A DNA stretch of 61,163 nt, the filler included. It is 8 parts of 8 records of this genome, joined end to end, with 100 filler letters (N's around TTAATTAATTAA, not from the genome) between each part and the next. Parts side by side here need not be neighbours in the genome. Positions count along the whole stretch, not along the records: positions 25,631 to 34,038 come from SRR31147125_8865; positions 34,139 to 44,888 come from SRR31147125_8869; 6 more parts are not named here. One strand, given 5' to 3'. A program made the translations under genes and the position numbers. This document shows, piece after piece, positions 30,891 through 42,800 of the stretch. Below the pieces are notes generated by a model. The model saw only the letters and a list, made by a program, of their open reading frames with translations. It had not been told where the DNA came from and searched no databases. The stretch's first letter is position 1, and each line of letters opens with the position of its first letter.

Positions 30891-33800
30891 TTATTTCCCT
30901 TCCATTATGTCATTCAATAACGACAGTAAAATCTGTACTTTATCATCATAAGAAACTGATAAACCGAAGTTGCCAAAAGTAGAAATTATTTTATTTTTGA
31001 CAGTTACACTTATATCAGAGAGACCAGTGTTATCAAAAACAACAGTCTTTTCTTCACCAGTGGCGGTGGAAAGCGTCATTTTAGTTTCACTGTCTTGCAG
31101 TTTAGCACTCATGACATAATTGTTGAGTTTGGTTATGACTTCTTCCAAGCGAGGTTTGAATTCTGCAATATATTTGTCACTCCAGTAAGTCAATTCGATG
31201 CCAGTAAGTAGTTTGGCTAGCTTGGAAATGATATCTTGGTCTGAGTTTTCTAACGCCATGTTGGCGACATAGTCCAGAAATGCGTTGGTATAGTAGTCAA
31301 AAGATTTTTGCCGCTTATCTGCCCAACTATTGAGGTATTCATGATGAAGCGTTTCTGCTAAGCTCACATTAGTATCGGCAGACAAAATATCGCACAAGTG
31401 ATATTTCAAATCTCTACACAGTTTATTTACAGCATCTCCCAACTCTTCTTTGATGCTGCTAATAGCATCAACGCTGGCAAGATAGCTGCCGGTTAATACT
31501 TTGACTTTTCCGAAAAAGAATTTGGAATAGCTGGAGTAGCTCTTTTCCATCATAGTACGGTAGGCTTTGGTTTGCTCAGAAACATAGTCCTCGGTAGTGC
31601 GCGCAAATTTCGATACGCTCTTATAATGCGCCATCATCGCATTATAAATAGCTTTTAGCCGGTTTTTAGAAAGGAGAGCCGTATCAATAAAACTACCAAA
31701 CAATTTCTCGAGTTGGTTGATATAAGTTAATTGTTCCTCGTTCCAATCAGCTACCGTGAAATTAAAATCATCAGGGCGCTTAATAATTTCGTCAATCAGC
31801 TCAGCGGTGATTTCCTGCTCGGTGCCATGACTGCTGATAATTAGCGATTTTTTATATGGAGACAAGACAAAAGCCAGAATTAACGATAAGTAACCATCGC
31901 GAAGTCCAAAAGGCGGCTTTTTTAGTATAGAATAGACTGTGCTAAACTCGACTATTCCTTTCTTTGCTTGACCGATTACTTCCTCGAAAAGCTCCTTCAG
32001 GGCTACCTGCGGGTGTTCGCCTGATGACAGGGCATTGACAGCATCACATTCGTCAACTGCAATAAATTCGTTTTTAGCCAAAACCGATCTTACGGCAATA
32101 TAATCTGGGGAAAGGTACTGCAACCCAAAATAAGTATTTGCCGGTTCACTGCTCAAAATTGCACTTATGGCATTTCTTTTTGCGGAAGTAATACTACCTG
32201 AAATAGTATTTTTGTTGATTAACTCGTTGTTGACCAGCAGGGTTCCTGGATAGGTCTCAAACATAACATCGCTAGCTAATTCTGCAACACGGTTCATTGA
32301 TGTAATTCCGCTTTTAACTTCACCGTTACATACGACGAAGATATCCGCAGAATCAATCCGCATCCAATCATCAATAGCAAAATCAATTTCGGCGGCAATT
32401 TCGCGCATGTGATACTGTAGCTCTTTTTCAAAGGCAGGGTCTTTTGCGACATACTTTGCCTTTTGGGTTTCAATGTATTGCGCAGCAATGTATTTTTTGG
32501 CCGATTCAACCAACGCAGAGCAATTGTTATTCACCCAGATTACACTGCGGGAAAGATTCCGAGAGGCTTCTATAACATCGGCAGCGCTCACATCAGTGTT
32601 CCCGAGCAGCATTACCAACACGCCGTCGTAATGGGCACCGAGTCGGGCTGTAAGGGTTTTGCGTGGCAAGTCATCAAGTGAAGCAAAAACCGGAATGAAC
32701 ACGCGAGTGATTTTATAGGCCCGGTTGTAGGCATTTGGATAAAGAACAAACTTAACAAAGTTGTCGTTCAAAACTTTAATAACAGCTTCTCCGCTGATTC
32801 GCACGCTTTCTTCGTCAATCATGGACTCAACATCAAAAATACTAGCATCAAAAAATTCATAACGGTCGTACGTGCCGGAATATTTTATGATTTTTTTATC
32901 GCAGAGCGCATCCAGGGCGTTTCCCAAAACATCTTTGGGGCAGTCAATAGTGCTTAGGATGGTACGCTTGTCAGAGACCAAAGCGCTAGAATCGTTGACG
33001 ATGCCAATCGTGGCAATGACCTTGAGAATTCTCACCTCCGGTGAATCATCAAAAGCATCACAGCGGTTTTTGGCAAATGCAGTTTGCAAATTCTTATACC
33101 ATTGGTAACTGTCATCGCTTTGCACAGCCTTAATGCTAGGTTCAAAATAATCATAAATATCGCTGATGCCGACAAAATGGAACTCACTTAACTCATGTTT
33201 AATTAAAAAACGGTATAAACTATTTTCTTCTTTGCTGGCCAAATATGTAAAAAAAGTCCGATCGTTTTGTGCCACTTTTTTAGATAGACGATCCAACGCA
33301 AACAGCGCGATGGGGTGTAATGGGAAGCCACCCTCAAAAGGATTGTCTTCGTGGGAGACATCGACTAAAAAGCCTTTGAAGTCCATAGCTTCTGCGTACA
33401 TACGATTAAGGCTTTCACGGTACTTGGTTTTGAAAGACTGCCAAACTGGTTCGTTCTTGATCAGAATACTGCGAATTAACGAGAGACACTGGTCTTGCTT
33501 ATTGTTAATAGAATCAGCCTTATAGCGACCCTCAACTTTCTTCCATTCAGCTACAATAGCTTTACCGTAGCGCTGGGTGTACTGACTTATCTCCTTATGA
33601 GAGACCAGAATAATATGGTTGTTACCATCGCTGTGGTCGCAATATTCTGCTAAATCCTGAATAGATTTAACCTTTATGTTCTTGATGTTATCTTCGATAT
33701 AGCGGCCAAATTCGTCGAACACGAATACAATACCGCTGTAGGTGTTAGCAACAGCCGTGGCGGCTTGCTTTAGAGTCTCGGACATGTTAGAAACTTCATA

Positions 33801-34038
33801 GACATACTTCACGCCGAAAGTCATGCCGGCAAATAGCTTGTCAAATGTTTTTTCGGCATGCGGATCAAAGTCTGCTAAGCTTTTTTGCAGCTCTGCTAGA
33901 TCGATATGTTTTTTATTACATACATCATTGAGGCGAGCAGAAGATTCGTTGCTCTCTTGCCACTGAGATAAAAGAGCTTGAGCTTGATCGTAAAAAGTTT
34001 TATAGCTAATCTTATACCCTTGCGCATCCAACTTTTTT
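30891..34038 (-). CDS. Large P-loop ATPase, SspC/BrxC(PglY)-like, 5'-truncated
   Basis: IVFVFDEFGRYIE (Walker B), EWKKVEGRY, GGFPLHP, AQNDRTFFTYL and KPPFGLRDG; 1 nt from the PAPS reductase start. Confidence 0.75.
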
Positions 34039-34138
34039 NNNNNNNNNNNNNNNNNNNNNNNNNNNNNNNNNNNNNNNNNNNNTTAATTAATTAANNNNNN
34101 NNNNNNNNNNNNNNNNNNNNNNNNNNNNNNNNNNNNNN
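34039..34138. other. Artificial contig spacer
   Basis: N44-TTAATTAATTAA-N44. Confidence 0.99.
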
Positions 34139-34671
34139 TGTGTTTTTGCCTCGCGGTAACGCAAAGTCAAATCAATTTTATAATCGGGAAAAACCTCGGT
34201 AAAATGTTTTCCTTCAGCTAATTCTATTTCTTCCGAGTTAATTAATAAGGCTTTTTCTTTGTTAAAGCCCATTCCCTCGATATACTGTTTCGAAGTAAAA
34301 TTGTATAAACTATTGTGTTGTTCCGGATTAATGGGGAAAAATTCGCCCATCTGTACAAAGGTTAACTCGCTTAAACTTGGTTTTTTTATACCTGCTAATC
34401 CATATTTTCCCAAAATGTTTTTACCCTTCTGGTTATTCCAGTTTTCGAGTAACATTTTGGTGAAATCCATAAAATATTTGGCCGTTTTTCCGGTAGGAAG
34501 GCTAACTACGCCATCAGGATTTTCGCTAACCCACTCTAAAAAACTTAATGCCGATAATAAACCGAGTTTAGGAAAACTCTCGGTTGCGATATAAGGAGTT
34601 TTTGTTGAAATTTTCTGAAGTTGAGTCTCTTTAACAAATTCTTCCTCAACCTTTGTGAAATTGTGTTTCAT
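34139..34671 (-). CDS. Glucosamine-6-phosphate deaminase-like protein, N-terminal part
   Basis: GVVSLPTGKT and LTFVQMGEFFPINPEQHNS NagB-like motifs; downstream of the ROK regulator. Confidence 0.7.
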
Positions 34672-34679
34672 TTAATTTT

Positions 34680-35897
34680 CTATTGTTTTGATAGTTTCTC
34701 CAAAGCGTATGCCGCAGCACCCATTGTTCCGGCTTTGGGACCCAATTTCGAGAACTGGATTTCGGTGTCGTTACTAATGTCGCGGTTACTGAATGTGTGA
34801 ATGGCTTGTTGTATTGGTGCAAGTATAAACTGGTTGGCTACAGCCACCTGACCTCCAATAATTATTAGTTCCGGGTTAAATATTTGAATCAGGTAAGCCA
34901 TTCCTCGTCCGATCCATTTTCCTACTTCCGAAAATAAAGAAATGGCAAATTGGTCGCCCGAATTAGCAGCCTGAATTACTATTGAAATATCTATTTTGTT
35001 TAAATCGTTGTTAACCAAATCTTTTATTAACGACGAACTTCCGTTGGCAATTGCTTCTTTCGCCTGTCGGGCAATGGCGGTTGCCGAAACTACAGTTTCG
35101 AGACATCCTTTTTTTCCGCATACACAAAGTGGCCCGTTTTCAACAATTGGCAGGTGTCCGAATTCGCCCGAGAAACCTGATTTACCCGAGTAAAGTTTAC
35201 CGTTAACAATAATTCCAAGTCCAAGTCCCCAGTCGGCCTGAAGCATTAATACATTTTTTTTGCCTTTTGCCAGCCCGAAATGCTGTTCGGCAAACGTGCG
35301 TACTTTCGAGTCGTGATTAAAAAATACCGGTATGCCAAAGATTTGTTTCAGCTCGGCAAACAGGTTTTTAACCTCGGGGAAATAGGTTTTATTAATTCCC
35401 TGTTTCAGGTTAATCAATCCCGGAAGTTCAATTCCTGCAACCAAAATTTTGTCGCGCGAAATGTTGCTTTGTTTTACAACCTCTTCAAGCTTCTCGCTAA
35501 CTTGTTTGAAAATTTTGAGATTCGACTGCATTTTAATTGGGAAATAGTGTGGCCCGCTAACCTCCTCGTTACAGCTGTTAAAAATTGAAATAATTGTACG
35601 CGTAATGTTAATGGTAATTCCCACTACGTAAAAACCGTCTTCAACCAAGCCATAAATATTCGGACGTCGGCCACCACTTGAATCGCCTCGCCCCAGCTCT
35701 TCCACCAATCCATCGGCGATTAGTTCAACCAAAAGGCTGTTAATTTTTGGAGTACTTAGCTTAATTTGTTTGGCAAGTTCCGAATTTGATAAAGCACCGT
35801 TAAAATAGACGGTTCGCAGTATATGTTTTTTCTGAGCAATCTTCTTTTGTTCTACTGCCTGGCTTTGGTTTCCCGAGATTTTAAATAGTTTTTCCAT
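34680..35897 (-). CDS. ROK-family transcriptional regulator (NagC/XylR-like)
   Basis: N-terminal HTH, SSGGRRP, and GFSGEFGH..CVCGKKGCLE. Confidence 0.92.
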   Translation of the reverse strand: MEKLFKISGNQSQAVEQKKIAQKKHILRTVYFNGALSNSELAKQIKLSTPKINSLLVELIADGLVEELGRGDSSGGRRPNIYGLVEDGFYVVGITINITRTIISIFNSCNEEVSGPHYFPIKMQSNLKIFKQVSEKLEEVVKQSNISRDKILVAGIELPGLINLKQGINKTYFPEVKNLFAELKQIFGIPVFFNHDSKVRTFAEQHFGLAKGKKNVLMLQADWGLGLGIIVNGKLYSGKSGFSGEFGHLPIVENGPLCVCGKKGCLETVVSATAIARQAKEAIANGSSSLIKDLVNNDLNKIDISIVIQAANSGDQFAISLFSEVGKWIGRGMAYLIQIFNPELIIIGGQVAVANQFILAPIQQAIHTFSNRDISNDTEIQFSKLGPKAGTMGAAAYALEKLSKQ

Positions 35898-36096
35898 AAT
35901 TTGTCGCACAAAAATCAGAATAAATTATATAATAACAAAGGTTCTTTTTAAATTTTTTAAGAAGAAAATCATAATTCATCTAAAATTAACGATTCGTTTA
36001 CAATTCATAAAAAATTAATGCAAAAATCTTTCGATGTTGTGTATTTTAGAAGATATTTAACTGTTGGTTTTATAATGCAATAAAAAGTTTACTGTC

Positions 36097-37200
36097 ATGT
36101 TACTGAAAAAGTTTTGGATAATTCTGTTGATTTCCGGTATGTTTCAATTCGCCGGTGCGCAATCGCGAAAAATTATTGATGTTCCTAATATAAAAGGCTA
36201 TCAAACACTAAAGTGCGATTTTCATATGCACACTGTTTTTTCCGATGGAATGGTTTGGCCAACTGTGCGTGTGCAAGAAGCATGGAACGAAGGTTTAGAT
36301 GCCATTTCAATAACCGACCATATTGAATACCGGCCACATTCGAAAGATGTTGTAGCAGACCATAACCGCTCGTTCGAAATTGCAGAACCATTATCGAAAC
36401 AACTGGATATTATTTTGGTGAAAGGCGCCGAAATAACACGCAGCATGCCACCCGGGCATCTTAATGCTTTGTTTATTACAAATGCAAATTTACTGGAACG
36501 CGAAGATGTGAACGATGCCATAAGAGAAGCTCGCGAACAGGGAGCGTTTATTCTTTGGAATCATCCGGGATGGAAGGCACAACAACCCGACACAACACTT
36601 TGGTGGGACGAGCACTCTTATTTGCTCGAAAATAATTTACTGCACGGAATTGAGGTGTACAATTATAGTTCGTATTACCCCGAAGCTCTGGATTGGGCCA
36701 ACGAAAAGAAGCTAACCATGTTTGCCAATTCGGATGTGCATGCGCCAATGATAGTTGAAGAAGGACACCGCCCTTTAACTTTGGTTTTTGCCAAAAGTCG
36801 CACCGAAGGCGGAATTAAAGAAGCTTTGTTTAGCCGACGTACAGCCGTGTATTTCGATAATACTTTAATGGGGCAGTCGGCCCTGCTCGAACCTTTGTTT
36901 TTTGCTTCGCTTAGTTACGATAAGTCGCCAATAAGATTAAACAATGGGGGAACAAAAGTAATTTACATAACCAACAATTCTGATGTTACCTACGAGTTGG
37001 ATCTTGTTCAGCCGGGAGTTGGTTTCGATGCACCACAAACAGTATTGTTAAAAGCACATCAGGTAACACCAATAATCTTAAGTGGTAATTCGGAAGAAAT
37101 ACACAATGTTAAAAATTTGAATGTGTATTACGCCGTAAAAAATATGCTAACCGCATCTAACGAAAATCTGGTGGTTACATTTACTTTTAAGAATAACTAA
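36097..37200 (+). CDS. Secreted PHP-domain phosphodiesterase
   Basis: DFHMHTVFSDG, ITDHIE, NHPGW and NSDVH motifs. Confidence 0.85.
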   Translation: MLLKKFWIILLISGMFQFAGAQSRKIIDVPNIKGYQTLKCDFHMHTVFSDGMVWPTVRVQEAWNEGLDAISITDHIEYRPHSKDVVADHNRSFEIAEPLSKQLDIILVKGAEITRSMPPGHLNALFITNANLLEREDVNDAIREAREQGAFILWNHPGWKAQQPDTTLWWDEHSYLLENNLLHGIEVYNYSSYYPEALDWANEKKLTMFANSDVHAPMIVEEGHRPLTLVFAKSRTEGGIKEALFSRRTAVYFDNTLMGQSALLEPLFFASLSYDKSPIRLNNGGTKVIYITNNSDVTYELDLVQPGVGFDAPQTVLLKAHQVTPIILSGNSEEIHNVKNLNVYYAVKNMLTASNENLVVTFTFKNN

Positions 37201-37417
37201 ACAAAATTCTTTAGCGAATAAATTAGTATTTAGTTGGAACAGAGTTCGACTTCCGACGTTTTGTCGGGACAGGTCCGCTCACTGAGACTGTCAGACAGAG
37301 CAAAGTCTGGTAATCAATCGGCTGAAAAATTATTCTACCAAATAGTCTAAGCAACTTGTTGTTGTGAACAAAGCAGCGCAGTGTGCGTTATCTGCGTGAA
37401 CGTATAATCGGGCAATA

Positions 37418-38085
37418 ATGGCTGCAAAAAAACAAAAAGAATCGTCACTTTTCGAGAAGGTAATTACAAACAACCGCGAAATATCGCCGGGAGTTCATCT
37501 TATTTCGTTTAAACGCGATTTTAATTTTTTACCCGGACAGGTTGTAAAAATTGGTGTCGATACAGAACATCCTCCACGCATTTACAGCATTTGCAGCGGG
37601 AATCACGAAGAAGAAGTACATGTTCTTTTCAATATAAAAGACGATGGTTTTTTAACGCCTAAAATGGCTGCAATGATTCCAGGAGACCAGATATTGATTT
37701 CGGAGCCTTACGGAAGTTTTTAGGGACTGAAGAACCGGCCTGGTGGATTGCGTCTGGTACCGGAATAGCTCCTTTTTACAGTATGTTTCAATCAGGAGAA
37801 GGGGAGAATAAAACATTGATTCACGGTGTAAGTTATTTAAACCAGTTTTATTTCGAAGACGAGCTGGAGTGGGCGTTTGGAGAGAATTACATACGTTGTT
37901 GCTCGCGCGAAAGTTCGTGTAATGTTATTCCCGGAAGGGTAATTAATTATCTGGCATCGGTAGAAGAATTTCCGTCTGTGAAATATTTTCTCTGTGGGAA
38001 TGCGTTAATGGTTGTTGAAGTACGAGATTTGCTTATTGAAAAAGGCGTTCCGTACGAAAATATACTTGCCGAGATTTATTTCTAA
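37418..38085 (+). CDS. FAD/NAD(P)-binding oxidoreductase (ferredoxin-NADP reductase-like), frameshift at ~37720
   Basis: PGQ, RIYSI, PYGSF|LG..IASGTGIAPF and FLCGN..MV; one missing T in a T5 run. Confidence 0.85.
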
Positions 38086-38158
38086 AGTTATTTTGTTACG
38101 GCTTGTAATATTCGTAAATTACGCTTCGAATTATTGTACATAATTTAACAAAACAAAA

Positions 38159-38869
38159 ATGAAACGATTATTTATTTTAACCACCCTGGTGCTGTTTGCA
38201 TTGGTAAGCACACAAGCACAAACCCTCGACAAAGTTCTCGATAAACATTTCGAAGCCACCGGCCATAAAAAAATGGCAGCACTTAAAACCTTTAGTCAGA
38301 AAGCAAAAATGAGTATGATGGGAATGGAAATGCCCATGAATATTCAGTTTAAAAAGCCCAATAAATTTAGAGTTGAAATGGAAATGATGGGCCAAAAAAC
38401 CGTTAGCGCTTTCGATGGCGAAAAAGGTTGGATGATTAACCCAATGATGGGATCAGCTGTTCAGGATTTGGAAGGCGATCAGTTGAAACAGTCAATGTCG
38501 CAGGCCGATATGGAAGGCGAGCTGTTTAATTATGCTGAAAAAGGACACTCGGCCGAGTTAATTGGAAAGGTAAATGCCGATGGTAAGGAAGCGTACAAAA
38601 TAAAACTTACTACAAAAGATGGTACGGAGCAGACCTATTTTATTGATGCCAATTCGTACCTGGTTCTTAAAATGAAAACCAAAGCTGAAGCGATGGGGCA
38701 AGCGGTTGAAATTGAAACCAACATGGTTGAATACAAAGAGATTGAAGGAATAATGGTGCCAATGAAAATTGAAATGGTTATGCCAATGGGAAAAAGCACT
38801 ATGATAATGGAAGAAGTAAAATTTAATATCGATATCGACGACTCGGTATTTGCACGTCCGGCAAACTAA
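38159..38869 (+). CDS. LolA-like / outer-membrane lipoprotein-sorting family secreted protein
   Basis: Signal peptide; KKPNKFRVE, FDGEKGW, YFIDANSYL and NIDIDDSVFARP. Confidence 0.65.
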   Translation: MKRLFILTTLVLFALVSTQAQTLDKVLDKHFEATGHKKMAALKTFSQKAKMSMMGMEMPMNIQFKKPNKFRVEMEMMGQKTVSAFDGEKGWMINPMMGSAVQDLEGDQLKQSMSQADMEGELFNYAEKGHSAELIGKVNADGKEAYKIKLTTKDGTEQTYFIDANSYLVLKMKTKAEAMGQAVEIETNMVEYKEIEGIMVPMKIEMVMPMGKSTMIMEEVKFNIDIDDSVFARPAN

Positions 38870-38892
38870 CTAATACAACATAAATATGTTTG

Positions 38893-38917
38893 GGGGCGGG
38901 AAACTGCCCCTTTTTTT
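38893..38917 (+). terminator. Intrinsic terminator
   Basis: GGGGCGG-GAAA-CTGCCCC followed by T7. Confidence 0.85.
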
Positions 38918-39065
38918 GATCGTTTTTTAAGGATTGAAACAGAACTTAACACGAAATACGCACCGATTTTTATTTGTTAACGTTTTTACTCATCTTATTT
39001 AACTTCCGTTAAAACAATACCCCAAACAATTGTTTAAACTTTGAAAAAAACTTAAAATAAGCAGT

Positions 39066-39581
39066 ATGAAATTTAAATATCTACTTTTAATTATTTCAAT
39101 TTTAATTTTTAGCAGTGGCCTTAAAGCTCAGCAAACCTTAAAAATTGGGCATGTAAATATTCAGGAATTGGTACAAACACATCCAAGTATGGACAGTATT
39201 AGAGCCGTAATTGAAAGAGAGAGGGCCGACATGGAGGAAATCTATAAAGAAATGATTACCGAGCACGAAGCTAATATTAAAGAGTTTGAAGCGGAAAGTG
39301 CCGGTTACTCCGATTTTGTGAAAGAAACCAAGCAAAATGCAATTTTAGAGCAGTCGCAAAAAATACAATCCTACAACCAAAATGCACAACAGATGCTTCA
39401 ACAGCGCAATATGGAGCTTATTCAGCCCATTTACAAGGAAATTAACGATGAAATTACCAACATTGCCGGGCATAACAATTTCAGCTATATTCTCGATGTA
39501 AGTACTGGCTCGGTGGCCTATATATCGCCCGAAAGCGAGGATATTACTCCTTTGGTTTTAGCTGCTATAAAAGGGGAATAA
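39066..39581 (+). CDS. ompH: OmpH/Skp outer-membrane chaperone
   Basis: LKIGHVNIQEL, coiled-coil body, and YILD..DITPLVL. Confidence 0.85.
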   Translation: MKFKYLLLIISILIFSSGLKAQQTLKIGHVNIQELVQTHPSMDSIRAVIERERADMEEIYKEMITEHEANIKEFEAESAGYSDFVKETKQNAILEQSQKIQSYNQNAQQMLQQRNMELIQPIYKEINDEITNIAGHNNFSYILDVSTGSVAYISPESEDITPLVLAAIKGE

Positions 39582-39592
39582 GTCTTTGATCT

Positions 39593-39677
39593 GTTCACGC
39601 AAAGAAAAGAAGGTACGCAAAGTTTGCAAAGAATTATTTTTGCGTCCTCTGCGAAAGCTTAGCATCTTTGCGTGAAC
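39593..39677. repeat. 85-bp palindromic REP/MITE-like element, family A, copy 1
   Basis: Perfect 13-bp terminal inverted repeats GTTCACGCAAAGA / TCTTTGCGTGAAC with internal CGCAAAG / CTTTGCG-like units. Confidence 0.85.
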
Positions 39678-39714
39678 CATATACTCAATAAAATTTAATC
39701 AAAACACTATTCCC

Positions 39715-39749
39715 CGCCGTTAAATAAACCAACTCCACCGTTAAATAAA
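39715..39749 (+). promoter_or_regulatory. Candidate LytTR-binding direct repeat
   Basis: CCGTTAAATAAA at 39717 and 39738 (21-bp period), upstream of the LytS-type kinase. Confidence 0.6.
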
Positions 39750-39811
39750 TTATCCTTTTTATTTCCGATTATTCCTGCCAAATTTGGGTAACATAATTTA
39801 ATTTTAAGGTT

Positions 39812-42800
39812 ATGAAACTATTCCCAATAATACTAACGCTACTTATTTTTGTTTGCAACTTCGCTTTTGCCCAAAACGAAAATATTCTTCTTCGCCCTGA
39901 AAATGGTAAGGAATATTTCTACCGTTTTACCGACGCACAATACATTGCCGACGAAGAGGGCAAAAAATTCTCTGAGTTTAGAAAACAAAAAACTCTGCAC
40001 ATAAAATTTTCGAATGTTCAGCCCGAAAACAAAGAGCTTTTGCAAGTAAAAGTTATCCAAAATAAAGCCGAAAAACCACTGGATAAACCTGTTCAGGTTA
40101 CCGATTATATGTATCCCTATTTTGAGAGTACTTATTTTGGGAAGCGTTACGATGATTATTACGAGGAATTGTTGTGCGACCTTGAATTTCAGTACGAGTT
40201 TGATTACGAAACCAGCGAAGTAAAATTGTACAATCGCACTGATGTTCTTCTTGAAGTTCGTAAAAGGTTAAAGCATAAACAATTCGATGAAAAAGGAATT
40301 GAAAGTTATACTACTGAATTTAACGAAAAAGGTATTCCGGAAATTACAAATCGGTTGAATTCCATTTACCGCATTTCGCAAGATTTCCAGGCCGAGATTA
40401 ATAACGGGGAAAGGTTTAAATCCACTGTTAGTGTGAAAGATAAGTTTGCCAATATTTCTGCAAAAGCATGGGACCGAGAGCCCGGATTAAACGCATTAAA
40501 TATTATTTACAATATAAAAGAATCCTATCTAAAGAATTATAACTGGGTAGAGATTGATTCTGGCAAACAAAACGGATGGTCGCGAAGAAATCCTGAAGCG
40601 CGCTATTATCGCGAGCAAGATATTTGTTTGCTCAGACAAAAAATTATTTCAGAAAATCGGTTTACTGTTTCAGGAAAAATCGAAAATCCGAAATACAAAA
40701 AAGTTACGCTGGCGGTTTTACAAAATCCGTATGGTACAGAATTACATCAGGAATCTGTTTTTCTGGATGAAAACAATACATTTCATATCGAAACCGAATT
40801 AAATCATCGGGGAATTGTAATGCTGCAATTTGGGCACACCAACCAATCGCGCGAATTACCAATTCTTTTAATATATGCCGAACCGGGTGGCAGAATTGAA
40901 CTAAACGACAGCGGTGAAACATTCCTTGAAAACCTTGAATTTACCGGCGATTTTTGCAATGCCTCCAAAATGCTTTACGAGTTTCGGAAGAAATATAACC
41001 TCGATGATAAATACACTTTGGAAACTACTTTTTGGCGAACCATAAGTTCTAATATGGTATATACAGACTTTGAAGGTGCAGTAAAAAATTATGATGCTTT
41101 TGCAGCTACCTGTAAAAATGAAATTGATGAAACGGCTTTTGAGTTTATCAACAAAGAAATGAAGGCATACCTTAGTGCCGGAACTATGTACTATCTCGAT
41201 GGATACAGTAGAACATTAAATGCTAAATTCAAGAATTATTATTTTAAAGATGTTGAGAACGTTGACGTTCAATTATTTCAGAGCTTTTTTGACAACAATT
41301 CTGTTTCAGAGCTTTATAACGAGTTTGGAATTTTTTCGCGTTTTTTTGCCCGGGAATATTTGTCGTATCAAATTGGCAATACAGTTAAATCACAGAAATT
41401 ATTTAGAACAGGATTTGATCGTTATGTAACTCTTACCTCCTATTATTGGCTTCGTTACGATTTTTCTTTAAGTCTCGAACTTGGTCGGGTTATTCTAAAC
41501 GGCCATGCCTATTATTCCTCTGTAGCCGATGTTATTCAACAATTAAAAAGAAAAGCAAAGAATGAGGTTACTCAAAACGATGAAATTGTTGAAAAAGAGA
41601 TAGATGAGTATGCCGACTTGTTAATGCGTTTGTGCAACAATAAGGAATTTACGCAAGGCTTAAAAGAATTATACGCCAACCATAAAAACTGGGAAAAACA
41701 AGATTTTGTGCCGTCTGATAAATTTTTTAATACCAAAGGCGAAGAGGTGTATTTAAAAGATTTTATGGGCGAAAAACCAACGGTATTTTATGTTGCTAAT
41801 AATTGGGGTGCCGAGCGTTATTATTTCGACGATTTAAGTAAAGAAAACCCCGACATCAATTTTGTGATGATAATGGAAGGTAACATTTTTCAGGAATGGC
41901 AAGATTATATGAAACGAGCTGAACCGGTTGCGCACCAATTGCTACTTATAAATACCGATAAAGGCTTAAAGGATATTTTTAGAAAAGGTACGCACCATTT
42001 TATTATTTACGATAAAAACGGAGTTCGTTTTGCCTTTGCCGGAAATATGGCGAGTGCTAAAGACCTGGCTAAACAAAGCCTGTTTCCTAAAAAAAGAGCT
42101 GAATAAATCGCAACTGCAAATTGTTATTTGGGTTTTACTTATTGTCCTAACCACCTTAATTATAGGTTTAATTATATGGAAGTGGAGGGTTCGCCGGCAA
42201 TTCCGAAAGGAGGAGCAAAAACGAAGGCTTCGCGAGCTGGAACTAACAGCAATTCGGAGCCAGATGAATCCCCATTTCCTTTTTAACTCGTTGAACTCGG
42301 TGCAAAATCTTGTTCAGCAAAACAAGGGCCGTGAGGCCCATTTGTATTTATCCGACTTTGCCGGATTGATACGAAAAGTACTTAACAACTCCGAGAAAGA
42401 AGAGGTGTCGCTGGCCGAAGAACTGGAAATGATTCAGCAGTATTTAAACCTCGAAAAATTACGATTCGATTTTGAATTTGATATCTGTGTTGATGAGAAA
42501 ATAGATACGCACAACACGCTGGTGCCATCGATGCTTTTGCAGCCTTTTGCGGAGAATGCAGTAATTCATGGCCTGCAAAATAAAGAAGGGAAGCGGCAGT
42601 TAAAGCTCAGAGTAACAAAAGAAACTACGCGCTTAGCGGTTCCAAACCGCTTAGCGCATAATACAGGCGGCATCATTAAAATTACCATCGAAGACAACGG
42701 AATTGGTCGCGAAGCAGCAAAAGAAATAGCCAAACAAAAAAATGGCAAAGGCACAAAACTAATGAAAGAACGCCTCGAAATCCTTCAGCAAAAACAAGGC

